64,000 nucleotides of DNA from Chrysomallon squamiferum (lineage: Eukaryota; Animalia; Mollusca), in the NCBI GenBank assembly GCA_012295275.1, contig CM022670.1:41912001-41976000 (forward strand), given 5' to 3'. The position numbers and the translations under genes are program-made. Below are positions 14,679-29,348 of this stretch, in pieces. How positions within the stretch are numbered: the stretch's first letter is position 1; every line of letters starts with the position of its first letter. Below the pieces are notes generated by a model, which was not told the origin of the DNA, made no database searches, and was given only the letters and a program-made list of their open reading frames with translations.

Positions 14679-15039
14679 ATGCAAGGAGGGGCTGCTCAGT
14701 CAGCTAAAGTTGACCCTGAGGTTTCGAGTTTTGCTAGAAGTTACGTCTCCCCCACAAACCCGGGGGTCGGTCTAGCCTGTGTATGGAGTTCTTACATGTT
14801 GTCGTTGCCGGAAATTCTGAAAGAGAAAAAACTGCCGCTGGTTGTTGAGATTTCGCACGAAGACGTCGTGCAGTCGTGCAGAGACACGGGCTTCAGTCTG
14901 CACCAGCCAATCATCCTCTTCAGCGAGGTTCTCATCCCCAAAGTGTTCGCCAGAAACATCGCCTGCGAGCAGACGAAAGGTCAGAGTGTGAGATGCAAGG
15001 AAGTCGGACCCTACGTCGTGATTCCCAGCGACTATCCAG
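14679..15039 (+). CDS. CABIT-domain gene C exon 1 (370 aa in total, CABIT only)
   Basis: Encodes CVWSSYMLSLPEILKEKKLPLVV...QPIILF...EVGPYVVIPSDYPG. Phase-1 donor CCAG|GTAAAC at 15040. Confidence 0.88.
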
Positions 15040-15329
15040 GTAAACAGCGTCTTACTCAGAGCAACGTCTCTACGTATGTGTGTGTATGTCTGTGCATATG
15101 TTAGCATGTCTTTATAGAATATGTTCAGTTTGCACTTCCCACATTTTAAATTTACTCTTATATAGCGTCAAAAAACCTGTTTAAGGACATATAACTAGAG
15201 AGGAAACTCGCTAGTGAGTTTAATTCTGTATGTTATAAAAGAAAGATTTCAGAAATAGCCTCTGTTAGGCTGTAACTTATCAGTCGAGGAGATGAGTTAT
15301 TACTGGTGTTTATCACGTGACTGTTTCAG

Positions 15330-16081
15330 GTTTGTTTCGTCTGGTTGAGGACTCGGAACCCGCAGACTGCAGCGTCACCACCATCGCCAACATCGCGCGG
15401 ATAATGCCGGCCTCGTTCCTGTCCATGACGAACGTGAAGGGATTCGTGTCCGTGAAACGACGAGATCACATCTTTGTTTACGAGAAGACAAACATCGTCC
15501 CGTGCTTCTTCCAAGTCCACAACATCCACGAAGACTACGTCACCTACATCAACAGCAGAAACAAAGAAAAGAAGAAGCTGATGTTGTGTCTGCGGTGCGC
15601 GATGGACGAGGGAGAGAATCACGTTCTGCTTCCGTACGAGACGGCGGGGACGTTCTACGTCGTTGATCGACGGAAAGGAATTTCAAAATTCAACATAGAC
15701 GAGGGTTCGTGTTTACACAGGATCACAGAGTTCTTACCTTTGTTAGAGAAAAGTGACGTCACAAAAGTGAAACTGGTGAGCGGGGACCCGCCCTCCCAGG
15801 AGTGTCAGTTCACCGGACTGCTCAGACTGTGTCACGTGGTACAGGAACACACAGTAGTCGCGTGCACCGTTAATTCGAGAGCACCAAAGATGTTTGAGCT
15901 GTCCGTCAAGCCACACCCACAGTTTAGAATTGCGCTGAACCCAGCGGACTCCCAGAGCGAGAGAACAGTCAAACAGTGTCTGGCGTTCATGAAACACTCA
16001 GTGCTAAAGTTTGCACGAGAAATGAAAGTGAGGCGAGACTATGAGATAGAGAAAAAAGACTTACGTGAAAACAGTTACTGA
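15330..16081 (+). CDS. CABIT-domain gene C exon 2
   Basis: Acceptor TTTCAG|GT TTG TTT gives YPG-LFRL. CABIT core is LRCAMDEGENHVLLPYETAGTF, followed by LVSGDPPSQECQFTGLL. Stop TGA ends at 16081. Confidence 0.88.
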
Positions 16082-17755
16082 TAACAAAGTTTCACTGGCT
16101 GTAGAGACAAGAGCTGAGTACAGAAAACTGACACATCTCTCAGTTTCCACTGTGTTAAATTTTCACAAACTCACATCTCACAGTTTCCACTGTGTTAAAT
16201 TTTCACAAACCGAGCATTTGCACTCGTGCAGTTCAAAATTTGTTTAGCATGAAATTCAGTGGATCTCAACGTCTGATGCAAATATTGTTTATGATCATCA
16301 AGTAATAACTGAAGTGAGTCTTACACGTGATAAAGCGCTCAATTTTCTTTTCATTTCTATTTTTTAATTTTATTTTTAATTCTCCAAAGATAGCGTGTGC
16401 CAAACAAAATTTTAATAACAAAACACTGATTTAAGAATAAAATTTTTACTTAAAATAATATTTTTTTTTTCAGATTTTGTTTTATTTCACGTGTTATAGT
16501 GTTTATTCTGACTTGTTTGTCAAAGTCCATGGTATGTGTTCACCTGTCTATTTTTACCAGTTTGTGTGTGTCACGATAAACAGCTGACAGTGACATTTTA
16601 TTTTACAAGTTTCGTTGATGCAAACCTCTTTTCAAACAGTTCTTCTTAATCTTTTTATAATAATTATCTATAATCATCAGAATTTATGTATGACATTTCA
16701 AAATTGATTTTATAATTTTTCTAGTCATTTCTTTCATCTTCTTAAAACTAATTTAATTTTTATAAGCACAAAAGTGAAAGTGGTTTCTGTAGGCAGTCTA
16801 GCTAACTACACAGCACAAGGTAATGAAACATGAACAGTGTTAAACGAACTGGACGTTTGTACAGTGTAGCGAGTTATCAACGTGCTGAGTCATTCTTCGT
16901 CTTTTCAAAGGTTGCTAACATTTAATCACCGAGCAGGTGATAAGTAAATCTATATGTACATTACACGTTTTAATATATAATCAGATTTACAATATACATC
17001 GCAAATATAACATTAAAATAAAATAACTAAAATAACAAACATTTCAAACAAAAAAACCCTAAATAGATAGATAAATAGATATATATATATAGATAGAGAG
17101 ACAGATAAATAAGTAAGTAGCTATCTATGTACCTATGTATCGATCTAGATAAATAAATAAATAAATAAAAAATGTGTATGATTCAGTGGAGTGTGACACT
17201 GTTTCCCATGCACGCAGGTTTTCATTGTTGACCTTTTTCTTTGTAAGTTTCTTTGTCACGTTATTCTTTTTATACATACGGATTCCAGTACCTGCTTTGT
17301 ACAATGTTAAGTCGTTACAGGTATAATACGTTTAGTGCGGAGTCACTCAGGCGTGTCGGGTTTTCAGGTAAATCCGTGACCAGAAAAATAATGACATATT
17401 CACACAGAGAAAAAACAAATGCGCAAAATTTCAATTTATATTAAAATGTAAAATAAAAATTTCTTGACGTTTTCATTTCGTATGGTATTTTCTCTCCAAC
17501 TAAGCTAAACAAATTTCATTAATAATTTCGCTACCTCATAGTTAAGAAACAAATCTTGTACTGACTACTGTTTTCAGAAATAGTTATTTTCTTATTTTAC
17601 ATTTGAACAGCTTTCAGAAAATCAGAAAAAACAAACTGAACTGAGGCTACATCATACTGTGATCTGTCTAAGCAGATATATCTGAGTGAATGCGTGCCAT
17701 TTAGTAATGTAACAAAACAACACACACACAACACACACACACACACACACACACA

Positions 17756-17794
<39 letters not shown>

Positions 17795-17815
17795 ACACAC
17801 ACTGACACACACACA

Positions 17816-17857
<42 letters not shown>

Positions 17858-17919
17858 GGCGGCGTTTAATAATAATCAGTATTACATTTCATGTGTAATT
17901 TGTTATGAGCGATAACACC

Positions 17920-17979
<60 letters not shown>

Positions 17980-18574
17980 TATAAAGAACTGTATACACTC
18001 AGGTGCACTTTGATATTAAATAATACTGCGTAAAGATGTGTTGACTCAGCGATACATCCACAGGGACGTGTTTAATAATAATCAGTAATTCATGGTAGTC
18101 TGAGAAAATAATAATAAAATAATAATAATAATAATAATAATAATAACTATAAAGAAGACTACCAGGTGCAGTGAGATTTTATATGTACCATTGTTCTTTT
18201 TTCTTACATGTTGAAATTAACACCAGAACTGAAGTACAGAGCACTTCTGTGATCAGCAACAAATTATAATTGTGTTGTTTTTTTATAACAAACTGACAAA
18301 TCAAACAATAATTTTGATATTTTATAAATAAATAAATAAATAAATAAATAAATGTCATTAGATTTATTAGACATGAAATGTACAACTAGCGTACACACAG
18401 TTTAACACAGAAATAACTTTTGTGTTTCGTTTTACGTCTTCTTGTGATACACAGTCACATGGTCGTTTGATAACTTTACTCACCACATAAACATCTAATC
18501 AGAGAAAGAACTGGTGAAGTAAATTATACACAGAGTTAATCGCGTATTATTTTATGTATATTTGTCAGAAGTCA

Positions 18575-18653
18575 ACAGAATCCGATAATTATCGGAAATA
18601 TCCGATTGTTACCGATTATATATTTTCTAAATACTATTTCCATACTTGGAAAT
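18575..18653 (+). repeat. Dispersed repeat fragment, copy 1 (second copy at 63181-63261)
   Basis: acagaatccgata.tt.tcggaaatatccga.tgttaccgatt is shared by both loci; a weaker look-alike lies near 43280-43325. Confidence 0.75.
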
Positions 18654-18685
18654 CCACTGTTACTGCTATTACAGCTACTAGTACT

Positions 18686-18726
<41 letters not shown>

Positions 18727-19251
18727 ACAAATACACAATGGTCAAGTGGATTGTTGTATTAAATGTGATGCTTGTGTTGTAAATAACAATAACACATCTG
18801 TTGTATAACAGGTAAATATTTATTTTAGAAAGAATTTCTACAGAACCAAACACAAGTAACCATAGGACAGTTACTATTGTTTGTTTAGCCCTCGTAGACT
18901 GTTCATTAAAATGTGTACTTTCTGTTCAGAGTTGAAAACAGAAACACTGGGCTATTTTTAGTTTTAGATAAACACATGACAGCAGTAATAATAACAATAA
19001 TGCTTAACTGACTAGTAACAAATTGTTTTCTTCGTTCGAAAGTGTAGGGTTGTGATATCACAGATATATTGTGTATTTAGAAAACAAGTGTTATTTTATT
19101 TTATTTTATTTTTAATTTAACAGTCTTTCTTTCCTTCTTCTTCTTTTTCTTTTTTAAAATAGTTTTGTTTTGTCTTTTTTATATTTTTAATGCTTGTAAC
19201 TTAACGTGTTCAAATGAAAGAAAAGAAACGAGCAGGAACTAACGATGTACT

Positions 19252-19555
19252 AACACACACATACAAACATACACACAAATACACACACACAAACATACAT
19301 ACAAATACACACACACATACAAACATACACATACACATACAGACACACACAAATACACACACATACAAACATACACATACACATACAGACACACACAAAT
19401 ACACACACATACAAACATACACACAAATACACACACACACAAACATACATACAAATACACACACATATACAAACATACACATACACAGACACACACAAAT
19501 ACACACACATACACACACATACATACACACACATACACACACATACATACATACA
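19252..19555. repeat. Degenerate (CA/CATA)n microsatellite
   Basis: Directly visible; explains the stacked THTH/CVCV ORFs. Confidence 0.95.
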
Positions 19556-19838
19556 TAAATACGTCCATATATACACAAACATAAAGAAACATATACTCAT
19601 GCACCCAGTGACGAACACACGTTTATTTTCAGTACAACCTAATAGCGAATATTTAATAGGAACGATGCCATTTTTGAATTAAATGTATTTGTGTTTTTTC
19701 ACAGTCTGTCTGTCTGTGTGGGTGTATAATCTAGATTTAATACATAGTAAAAACAGAAGTAGCTAAATCTGTCACATAAGCACCAGACTAAAAAACTTTC
19801 TTTTACCAGAACCAGATTGCTATTAATGACGTCATTAA

Positions 19839-20791
19839 CTAGACATGCGTGTATGAAGATCGTGATCTGAATTCTTTGAGCTCGAAAAGAGAGCCTTGCT
19901 GTGGAACTGGAAGACTGTCCTCGCTCTGGCTCGAGTCGCTTTCACACCCGAACAAGTAATCTTGCGAGTCTTCCGTCGTGCTGATGTCCGTTATGAGGTC
20001 CAGCGCTTTCAGAGCGTCGTCTGCCTCTCTCATGATGGCCGGGTCAGTCGGGATGTGCTGGATGGTCAGCTGGTCAGTGTCCAGCTCGGGGGACAGTTTG
20101 ATCATGGCGCTGTACGACAACGCGTATTTCCGGCACAGCTTCTGGGCGTCTTTGTACGTGTTCAGGTCAGTGAACTGGTCAGGCTGAGTCGCCAGCTGAA
20201 CACTGCACGGAGCTGACACGGGCACCTCGAACAGAACGTTTCGTTTGTTAAGTACGGTACTTCCCACAATGCACTCGTCGTCTTGCACCGACCTCACCAT
20301 CAACATCCCGGTGAAGATGCAGGGTACGACGGGTGCCTTTCCGAACAGCAGGCGAGCTTTGATCGGCGGTTTCAGGTCCGAGACGATGTCCTTCATTCTG
20401 TACACCGAGTTGTGGTTCAAATGTCCGCGCTCGTAGATAGCGTTAAACTTTCCTCTGTGAGTCAGTGGGATCAAAACCTCCTTCTGGTCCGAGTCGAGAC
20501 ACTTCAGATATTTCACTTCTGTCGTAACCCACTCCTGGTTTGTCTTCTTGAACAGCCCAGTCTGTGCGCATGTCTTCCACTTCGCCGTGAACACGCCCTC
20601 CACGCCCAGGACCGTCCCCGCGGGAATCTTTCTTTCTAGAAATTTCTCTTCGCCATTTTCTTCTTTCGCCACTCTGACTGCCTTCAGGTTCGATCTGCTG
20701 AACAGCTTCCTGGGCATGGCGTCTGCCACCTGCGCAATGGAACGAAAACAGCGGGAACGCGTGAAGTCGGATGGAACCAGTTCAAACCAGC
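19839..20791 (-). CDS. CABIT-domain gene D exon 2 (415 aa in total; CABIT + acidic tail)
   Basis: Acceptor TTTCAG|GC TGG TTT gives YEG-WFEL. Contains FRSIAQVADAMP, CABIT core YLKCLDSDQKEVLIPLTHRGKF and LLFGKAPVVPCIFTGML. Stop TAG at 19839-19841. Confidence 0.9.
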
Positions 20792-21134
20792 CTGAAATCA
20801 ATAAATTGTCATTTTCATATACATATATCATTTTTTTTTTTTTTAAAAGGCAAAAAATAATAATACTTTTTCTCTCTCTCTTATATAAAAACAGAAAAAC
20901 CAAAAAGAAACAAACTAAGATTAACAACAAAAAAAACAACAAAATTTAGTTTTAGTTTCATTTTGAAAAACAACAACGACCACACACACCAAAGAAACAC
21001 AAAAAACCCCACAAAAACAAAAAAACAACAACAACAAACATACAGCAACAATGACGGTCCGAAACCCCTCCAAAACAACAAGAACAACAACAAAGAAACA
21101 ACAACAATAATAATAATAATAAAAATAAATGAAT

Positions 21135-21178
<44 letters not shown>

Positions 21179-21432
21179 GAAATGAAATAATAATAAATAT
21201 ACTATTTATATTCGAAGTAAAAAAGATAATGAAGATAACCCATACAAAAATGTACAAGTAAAGTACACACGACTTTCTTACAATAACAAAAACATTATTT
21301 TCTATTTCCCTTTCATCTGTTTCGTTTTCCAACTGAAACGGGTATAATAAATAAAATAAAATAAAATAAAATAAAATAAAATAAAATAACATTTAGGGCA
21401 CATAAAAGTTCAGTAATTCTGGGATATTAGAA

Positions 21433-21496
21433 CCCACACGTGTCGATCCAGCGACCCCTGTAATTTGAGATGAGAATTCTAACCACTAAGCCACAG
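21433..21496 (-). mobile_element. Degenerate tRNA-derived SINE head
   Basis: Minus strand has A-box-like TGGCTTAGTGG (21493-21483) and B-box-like GGATCGACAC (21449-21440) at tRNA-like spacing, but no complete cloverleaf. Similar fragments lie at about 383-446 and 5166-5229. Confidence 0.5.
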
Positions 21497-22011
21497 TTTG
21501 CAGATTAGATTACAGAGATATGTACTGGCGTTGATGAGTAATACAGCGTGACGTCATAAAATATGGTCACGCCCACTCACTAAGTTCTGTGTTACGCAAA
21601 TTATTACAATTCATAACATTTAAACAAAACTTAATATCATGACACCAGTTAAGAGGAAATCGCGATATATATACATACACACAAACACACATATACATAC
21701 ACATACACACACACCTACACATACAAATTCATGTATAAACTATACAAACACGTGCATATTCAGAGGAATTTTTTATTATTATTATTATTATTAATTTTTA
21801 TTTACTGAAGAAAATACAAAGTAACAAGAACTAAATGAATGAAATAAATAATATAAATTTAACGTCTTCTAGGGAATACATAACTGACGGCTATTAATAG
21901 AAACAACAGCATAATAATCTTATCACTACATCAGTTTCAAACACACCATCCTTCATACTCATGTGTTTATTTATTATTATTGTTTTGTTATCATTATTTT
22001 AATACATTATT

Positions 22012-22050
<39 letters not shown>

Positions 22051-22073
22051 ATTATTATTATTATTATTATTAT

Positions 22074-22123
<50 letters not shown>

Positions 22124-22212
22124 TTAACAACTATTAAAGTGTCTCGTTATTCATTTTCTGTACTTATTATTTTACTACATCCCCACACACACACACAGTG
22201 TCTGACCCTTAC

Positions 22213-22507
22213 CTTCATAATCTTCAGGTATGAGTAAAGTCTGCCCCACCTCGAAGTACGTCCCTTGCTCGTCCCTCATGATCGTTCTCGCACGCGCTAC
22301 TTTTTTGCTCGTTCTCGTGTAAAACTGAACTGGTTGTTTGGAGTATATTCTCAGCCCACGACTCAGCTTTCCCGTCTCGTTCTCCTCAAACCTGACGACA
22401 CACGGCAGCGCGTGCTCGTTGTTGAAGTACTCCATGTCATAGCGCTGCTCGCTCCAGTCGAAAGTTCTCACACTCGATTCCTCCTCCAGTGAAGACGCGG
22501 CCGCCAT
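22213..22507 (-). CDS. CABIT-domain gene D exon 1
   Basis: ATG in AACATGG context. Encodes FDWSEQRYDMEYFNNEHALPCVV...QPVQFY...EVGQTLLIPEDYEG. Phase-1 donor GAAG|GTAAGG at 22212. Confidence 0.9.
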
Positions 22508-22629
22508 GTTTCAGTGAATGTTCCAGTCTGCCATTTTTCTGTCGTCTGCCGACGTAACGCACAGTATTCACATGTAAATGTTTGACATTGCCGGGTTACA
22601 GGAGCGTCGTTCTATTTTTAGAAACCTGG

Positions 22630-22641
22630 AAAACCGGTTTT
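22630..22641. promoter_or_regulatory. AAAACCGGTTTT palindrome upstream of CABIT gene D
   Basis: Perfect 12-bp palindrome about 125 nt 5' of the ATG. Confidence 0.4.
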
Positions 22642-22882
22642 AGTACCGGCATGCAGTTTGATGAATACTGTCTTTCTGTCTATTGGTTAGATTTGACCTT
22701 ACGTTAACTTTTTTCATTGACAAATGCGACCCATGTAATAACACACCTATTTGATCTAAAATATGACTGCTTTGTATGTAATGTAAAGCAAACCAGTTAT
22801 TATAACATTACTCTGCTTGTCGACAAATTTCGGTTACAGTCGGATATATCGTCTGCGCTATTAGAATGAAATGATCTATTAC

Positions 22883-22945
<63 letters not shown>

Positions 22946-23005
22946 ATTTTTTACGAAAATCTGGAGAGATAATTGGCATAACAGAATTATTGTAACAAAG
23001 TTTAA

Positions 23006-23062
<57 letters not shown>

Positions 23063-24667
23063 AATAAAAAAATAAATAAAAAAAATAAATAAATGTAAGA
23101 AATTAGCTTAATTAAGTCTATTTTTAAACACAATTTTTTTTCTATGACAGTGTGGGAAAAAGAAGACATTTTAAATAATTGAAAACTTATTTTACATAAA
23201 TCTGAAGAGTTTGGTAATTAATATAATTCATGTGTGGGTGATTAATATCAGTTGTAATACACGTTGTTACGAGGTCAAACTGACCAGGTCAGTGTAATCT
23301 GCAGAACAGTCGTGTCTTTGTTTCAAAATGTGTTATTAGTGTCTGTGTACTTTTGTCTTTAGAAAGACAGAGTTGTCTTCTTCACTCTCTCTCCTTGTTT
23401 AACGGACTTCTGTCTTTGCCTCCACTCCCCCCCCCCCGCTTACACCGAGGTCACTGTTTATAGAGACTAGTTGTAATATTTACACTTAGACAGCTTTTGT
23501 TTTCTTAAAGATTAGTCGCAGATCTTGTCTTTTAGTTTTCTTTTAATTTTTTAATTTAATTTTTTCTTTCGTCCTTTCTCTTATTTGTTTACTTATTTAT
23601 TATGCGTGTATGTTTGATTATTATAGGTTTTCTATTGTTTGTTTTTGTTTATTTTTTGAATCTTTGTTACATTACTGTTTTAGCTGTCTCTGTTTATATG
23701 AATAAATGTTTGAGTAGAGTGTGGGAAACTGCCATAGAAGAAACAATTTACAGATTAATTTTAAATGAACATACTTAAGTTGGAATATCGAAGAATACTC
23801 TATTCATACATTCACTCTGAAAAAACGGAAACAAAAACGAAAAAAAAAAAAAAAAAACCCAGAAAAAACACAACCCCGCCCACACACAGAAAACAAACAG
23901 TAACAACGAAACAAAAACAAAACAACAGAAAAAAAAAAAATAATAATAAAAAATAAAAAAAAAATAAAAAAAAGAAACAGAAAATTCTAATAGTAATAAA
24001 ATAAAATAAAATAAAATAAAATGATATACAATAAAATAATCGATGAAATCTTTGAGTCACAATTGTTGTTTGATAAATTACCACAGTATACGTGTTTCAT
24101 TTCAACAGACTGCTTGTCCCAGGAATATGCTAGAAAGTTGTTAAAATTACTTATTAAAGAAATTCATTTTTATATTAGACCGTTCTAAAAGTGTGTGCGT
24201 ATGTGTGTGTTTGTGTGTGAGTGTGTGAGTGTGTGTGTGTGAGTTTGTGTATGTGTGTGTGTATGTGTGTGTGTTAGTATGGGTGTGTGAGTGTGTGTGT
24301 TTGTGTGTGTTTGTGTATGTGTGCGTGTGTATGTGTGAATGTGTGTTTGTGTATATGTGTGTGTGAGTGTGTGTGTATGTGTGTGTGTTGTGTTTGTGAG
24401 TGTCTGTGTGTGTTTCTGATGTATTAACAACATCAGCAGATGACACAGATTATTAAAATATTAATAATCTTGACGTAATTCACAGCTGTATGTTTAAGGA
24501 TATCTGTAAAGAATTGCTTTTTTTCCTCACAGACACAGCACATCGGTGTTTACTTTGAAATATCAGCAATGTGAAAGTGTCCGGGGTTGAGTTTTACTAC
24601 AGCATTTACGAAGCTGACTACATTAAGTCCATTTTGATGTGTTGTTTTTCTTCGTTTCTTATCTGGC

Positions 24668-24668
<1 letters not shown>

Positions 24669-24724
<56 letters not shown>

Positions 24725-24818
24725 CACATACACAACACACACATATACACACACACATACACACACACACACACACACAGAAAGACACACAAACACACAC
24801 ACAACACACACATACATA

Positions 24819-24883
<65 letters not shown>

Positions 24884-24897
24884 CACACACACATACA

Positions 24898-24984
<87 letters not shown>

Positions 24985-25001
24985 CACACACACACACACA
25001 C

Positions 25002-25055
<54 letters not shown>

Positions 25056-25120
25056 CACACAAACACATACAAACACAGATACATACAAACATACACAAAC
25101 AGACACACACAGACACACAT
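24669..25120. repeat. (CA)n microsatellite block
   Basis: Directly visible. Confidence 0.97.
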
Positions 25121-25229
25121 ACTATAAATTTTATTAAACTTGTATTGCTTCTAGTAAGTCAATACTCACATCAGACTGAGTTTCCGACAACACACTGAAA
25201 ACGTAAATAATTTGTATTGTTTATTTACG

Positions 25230-25306
<77 letters not shown>

Positions 25307-25418
25307 CGTTGTTATTATTGTTGTTTTAATTTTTATTTCAATCTTAATTTTTAGTTTTATTATATTTTGATTTTACGAATTCGCTACTTTTGCTATTTGT
25401 TTTACTTTGTGATTGTTA

Positions 25419-25720
25419 AAATGCTGTTTCGGGTTGTTACAAATGCTGTTTCGGGTTGTTACAAATGCTGTTTCGGGTTGTTACAAATGCTGTTTCGGGT
25501 TGTTACAAATGCTGTTTCGGATTGTTACAAATGCTGTTTCGGGTTGTTACAAATGCTGTTTCGGATTGTTACAAATGCTGTTTCGGGTTGTTACAAATGC
25601 TGTTTCGGGTTGTTACAAATGCTGTTTCGGGTTGTTACAAATGCTGTTTCGGGTTGTTACAAATGCTGTTTCGGGTTGTTACAAATGCTGTTTCGGGTTG
25701 TTACAAATGCTGTTTCGGGT
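25419..25720. repeat. 22-bp minisatellite (aaatgctgtttcgggttgttac), about 13.7 near-identical copies
   Basis: Directly visible; only a g/a variant differs between units. Confidence 0.97.
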
Positions 25721-25854
25721 AAATACATCAAGTCTGGTTTTTGTATGTTAAAAATCTGTTATCTGTTTTAATTATTTTTCTAATCCTGCTTTAAATAAAA
25801 AATATATTTTTAGTTAAAATGCTGCTACTACTACTTCTGCTACTACTACTTCTG

Positions 25855-25935
<81 letters not shown>

Positions 25936-27593
25936 ACTGAGAGATAGGAAACTAATTTTTATTCAGTTGAAGACAGAGATATTTGTCAACAGGTTGCTGT
26001 TTACATGAAGAACTTTTTTTTTGTACCTTTATAGATTTTTGTAAAGTAAATTTTAAATCTAAATTTTAATATTATTATTGCTTCTAATTTAATTACTGAT
26101 TTGAAAATATCACAGTTTCAGTCTTCTGTTTCAATCAAATCATTTCAAGAACAATTGTGTTAAAATTATACAATCTTTTGTATTGTTGTAGACAATGTGA
26201 TATTTTATTTTTGTACTATACAATCTCTAGAATTTCATGTAAACAGTTTTATATTTTGTTCTAAGATTATACAATTTTTTTGTATTTTGTTCAAATAGTT
26301 TGATATTTTGTAAAAATGATACAATGTCTTGTATTTTTGTAAATAATCTTGTATTGTGTTTTTGTATTTAGTAAACTGTCTAATATTTTGATTTAAAATT
26401 ATACAGTCTTTTGTATTTCTGTAAACAATCAAGTTGTATTTAAATATGTGTTATTTGTCTTTAAAAGAAACAACGTAGCGTCTAACACCTTCTACTACTA
26501 CGTCTTCAGTTTGACTCAACACGTGTGAAAGTTGTAAAATTAACTTTATTTCATATAAATATTGTAACACACAGAGAAAATGCACATTAACAACACTGCA
26601 CGATGTCCCAGATATTGCACAAACTGAGTATAAAATAAAATATGTAACACGTAGTAACAACAAATAAAATACGTCTCAAACAATACTCTGTGCATGTAAA
26701 TATGGGAATGCTGTGTTAAGGAATGCTTAAATAATCCAGAATGCTATGCGGAATGCTAGAAATATATTATGTAAATTCAGAATTAAAGATTAAATAAATT
26801 TCAGAGTATAACGGAATATTCAGTCTCTTTTACGAATTTAGCACATTAAATAATTTGACTAACGTTACACGATTTCAGCTGGATGACTGTTTACAGAAGT
26901 TATATAACACTGTTTAGTGTACATGTCAGTAGCTCACGTGTGTACGTAATGCGAGTTTGAATTAAATACAAGTTTTACAAGTTTTCATATTAAATAGTTC
27001 AGAAGGAAAACATAAGGATATGATTCTCAATAAACGGCAAACACAAATTTCTTTATACTTAAATAATAACAACAGTTTCACAATGAAACCTTGGCAAACA
27101 CAAAACATGCCAGAAAACGTATGATTATGAGTACATATACATTGATATTAGTAAAAATAAATATTTATGTCAAATGATATCAAGGTAAGGAAATGTAGCA
27201 TTAAAATACCACGTGACATATCACTGTCAAGTAAAACTGCACCTTTACGTAAATATAACCCTCACTTACAACATTCCCTGATATAATTAAACATTATCAT
27301 CATCATCGTCAACATCATCATCACGTCGTCGTGATCTGCTCAGGACGACTGATGGTTTCTAATCTATAAAACATTATATTATTATGTCTTAAACAAAACG
27401 TTAATTTATTTGTATTATACAAATAATCTGCAGTTTGTATGAGTCTCAGCTGTCGTGTTTTGTCACAGATAAAAAATAAAAGAAACAAGAAATCAAAATG
27501 ATAAAAAAAAGCCACGATTTAAGCAAAGTACAATTTACGTGTGATTGTCAGAAAATCTTAGTAAAAATAGCAAAATAAAGAAAATATATATAC

Positions 27594-27679
<86 letters not shown>

Positions 27680-28413
27680 GAATCACGAGAGTCCATTTGT
27701 TCAGAAATGACTGTGAATGTTGAGTCTTATGACAAAGTAAACATTAACAGTTATGTCCCATCACCTCCTTATTTTTTACATTTTAAATAATCATCTTTAT
27801 GGCTGCCATTTCATACAAACAAAATACAATAAATAAATTAAGAAATAAAAAAGAAAACAGCAGAAGATGTTCGCAAATCATGAGCTTGGTCATAAACGAG
27901 TGTTTTACCCCTCAAAACGTCAACTCGTTCATGAAAAGAAGACAAACAAAGGTGTAAGCGTCCACTGGACGACACAGGACACTGTAACAAAGAGTATATT
28001 CTATTTTCTATCTGTCGCTGGTCCCAGTAAAACCGTGGTCTAATTATCCGCACCACAAAAGACTGGCATGTGTTGCCCTGCACGGAGAAGCCGAAAAGAC
28101 AAAACTGGTTGAAGGTAAAAACAACAGCCGCGATTAACAAAACGAACGTAACACAGAAATGACTAGCACTTTCACTTGATGACTAGACACTTTTAAAGGC
28201 GCATGATATTTTTAAAGTTTATTTAAATAATACTGGTATATTATTTAATAATAATATTCCGTTTCATACAAAATTTTGCATCTAAGAAAAGAATGAAATG
28301 AAAACACAAAATAAAATAGTTTAAGTATTTCCAAACTGAAATCTCAGTTAACAAATCATAAAATGTAATCTCTTTAAACTTAATCCAAAATGTATTTAAT
28401 AAAAAAAACTATC

Positions 28414-28480
<67 letters not shown>

Positions 28481-28832
28481 ATAATACTTAGATCAAGCGC
28501 CTTTAAAATGTAGTAAAAAATATTGCACTAAAGTAACTTGATTGTAGTGTTTGAGGTAATCTGGTAAACAGAGATCCAAGTCGTACTGACCGACAGACAA
28601 AACATAAAAGTGCAGTAGAATAAATAAACAGCAAACTCTATATTACCTGACTGGTACACAACATGTAGTATGCAAATAATGAAGAAGCGGCACTTTCGTG
28701 TAGAATTCAGTCGCACGTGCAATCTTCTCGTGTTTTGTTATTTGTACAGAGCCGTGTTAAGAGAGAGAGAGAGCCAGTCTAAGTTAGAGCTGTTTGAATT
28801 ATAATCATTTTATTGTGAAAAAAAGGTCCACT

Positions 28833-28908
<76 letters not shown>

Positions 28909-29348
28909 TATTATTATTATTATTATTATTGTTGTTGTTGTTGTATGAAAGTATTTTACAGATATTCACCACGGCTCTGTACACACAGTTAATTAAATTT
29001 ATACATGAATATACTCAAACAAAGGGAGATAAACAGTGATAAACAAGTAAAATAGACGAAAATGACTAGACCCTCACAGTGAGGCGAAAGGCAAAAAGGA
29101 GATTCGTTTTTGGAATGATAACATGTGAATCGGCGCTGGATTCAACAAAAATCAGTCGACACTTTCACAACCGCCATTTTAATTTTTTTTTTTTTTTTTA
29201 AATTATACTTCCGTCATGTTCAGGATATACGTTTAGAAATGATTAATTTATTCTCGGCACTTTAACGTAAGATTTTCTTCCAAAATTCTTCTCTCTATAA
29301 ACTTCCACTGGTCGCTTTACGACGCGACAGTATTTAGCGGAAGTGACG

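Noticed and set aside
20792-20942. Hydrophobic signal-peptide-like N-terminus (MLFFLLLILVCFF...) of the 367-aa ORF
   Set aside because: It is the T-rich intron upstream of the TTTCAG acceptor; the real N-terminus is exon 22213-22507.
21433-21496. Functional tRNA gene
   Set aside because: Only A/B-box-like remnants are present; no acceptor stem or complete cloverleaf.
25419-25720. 22-bp array as CRISPR or as a Cys-rich peptide gene
   Set aside because: No spacers; the unit is not a multiple of 3, and the ORFs simply cycle through all frames.
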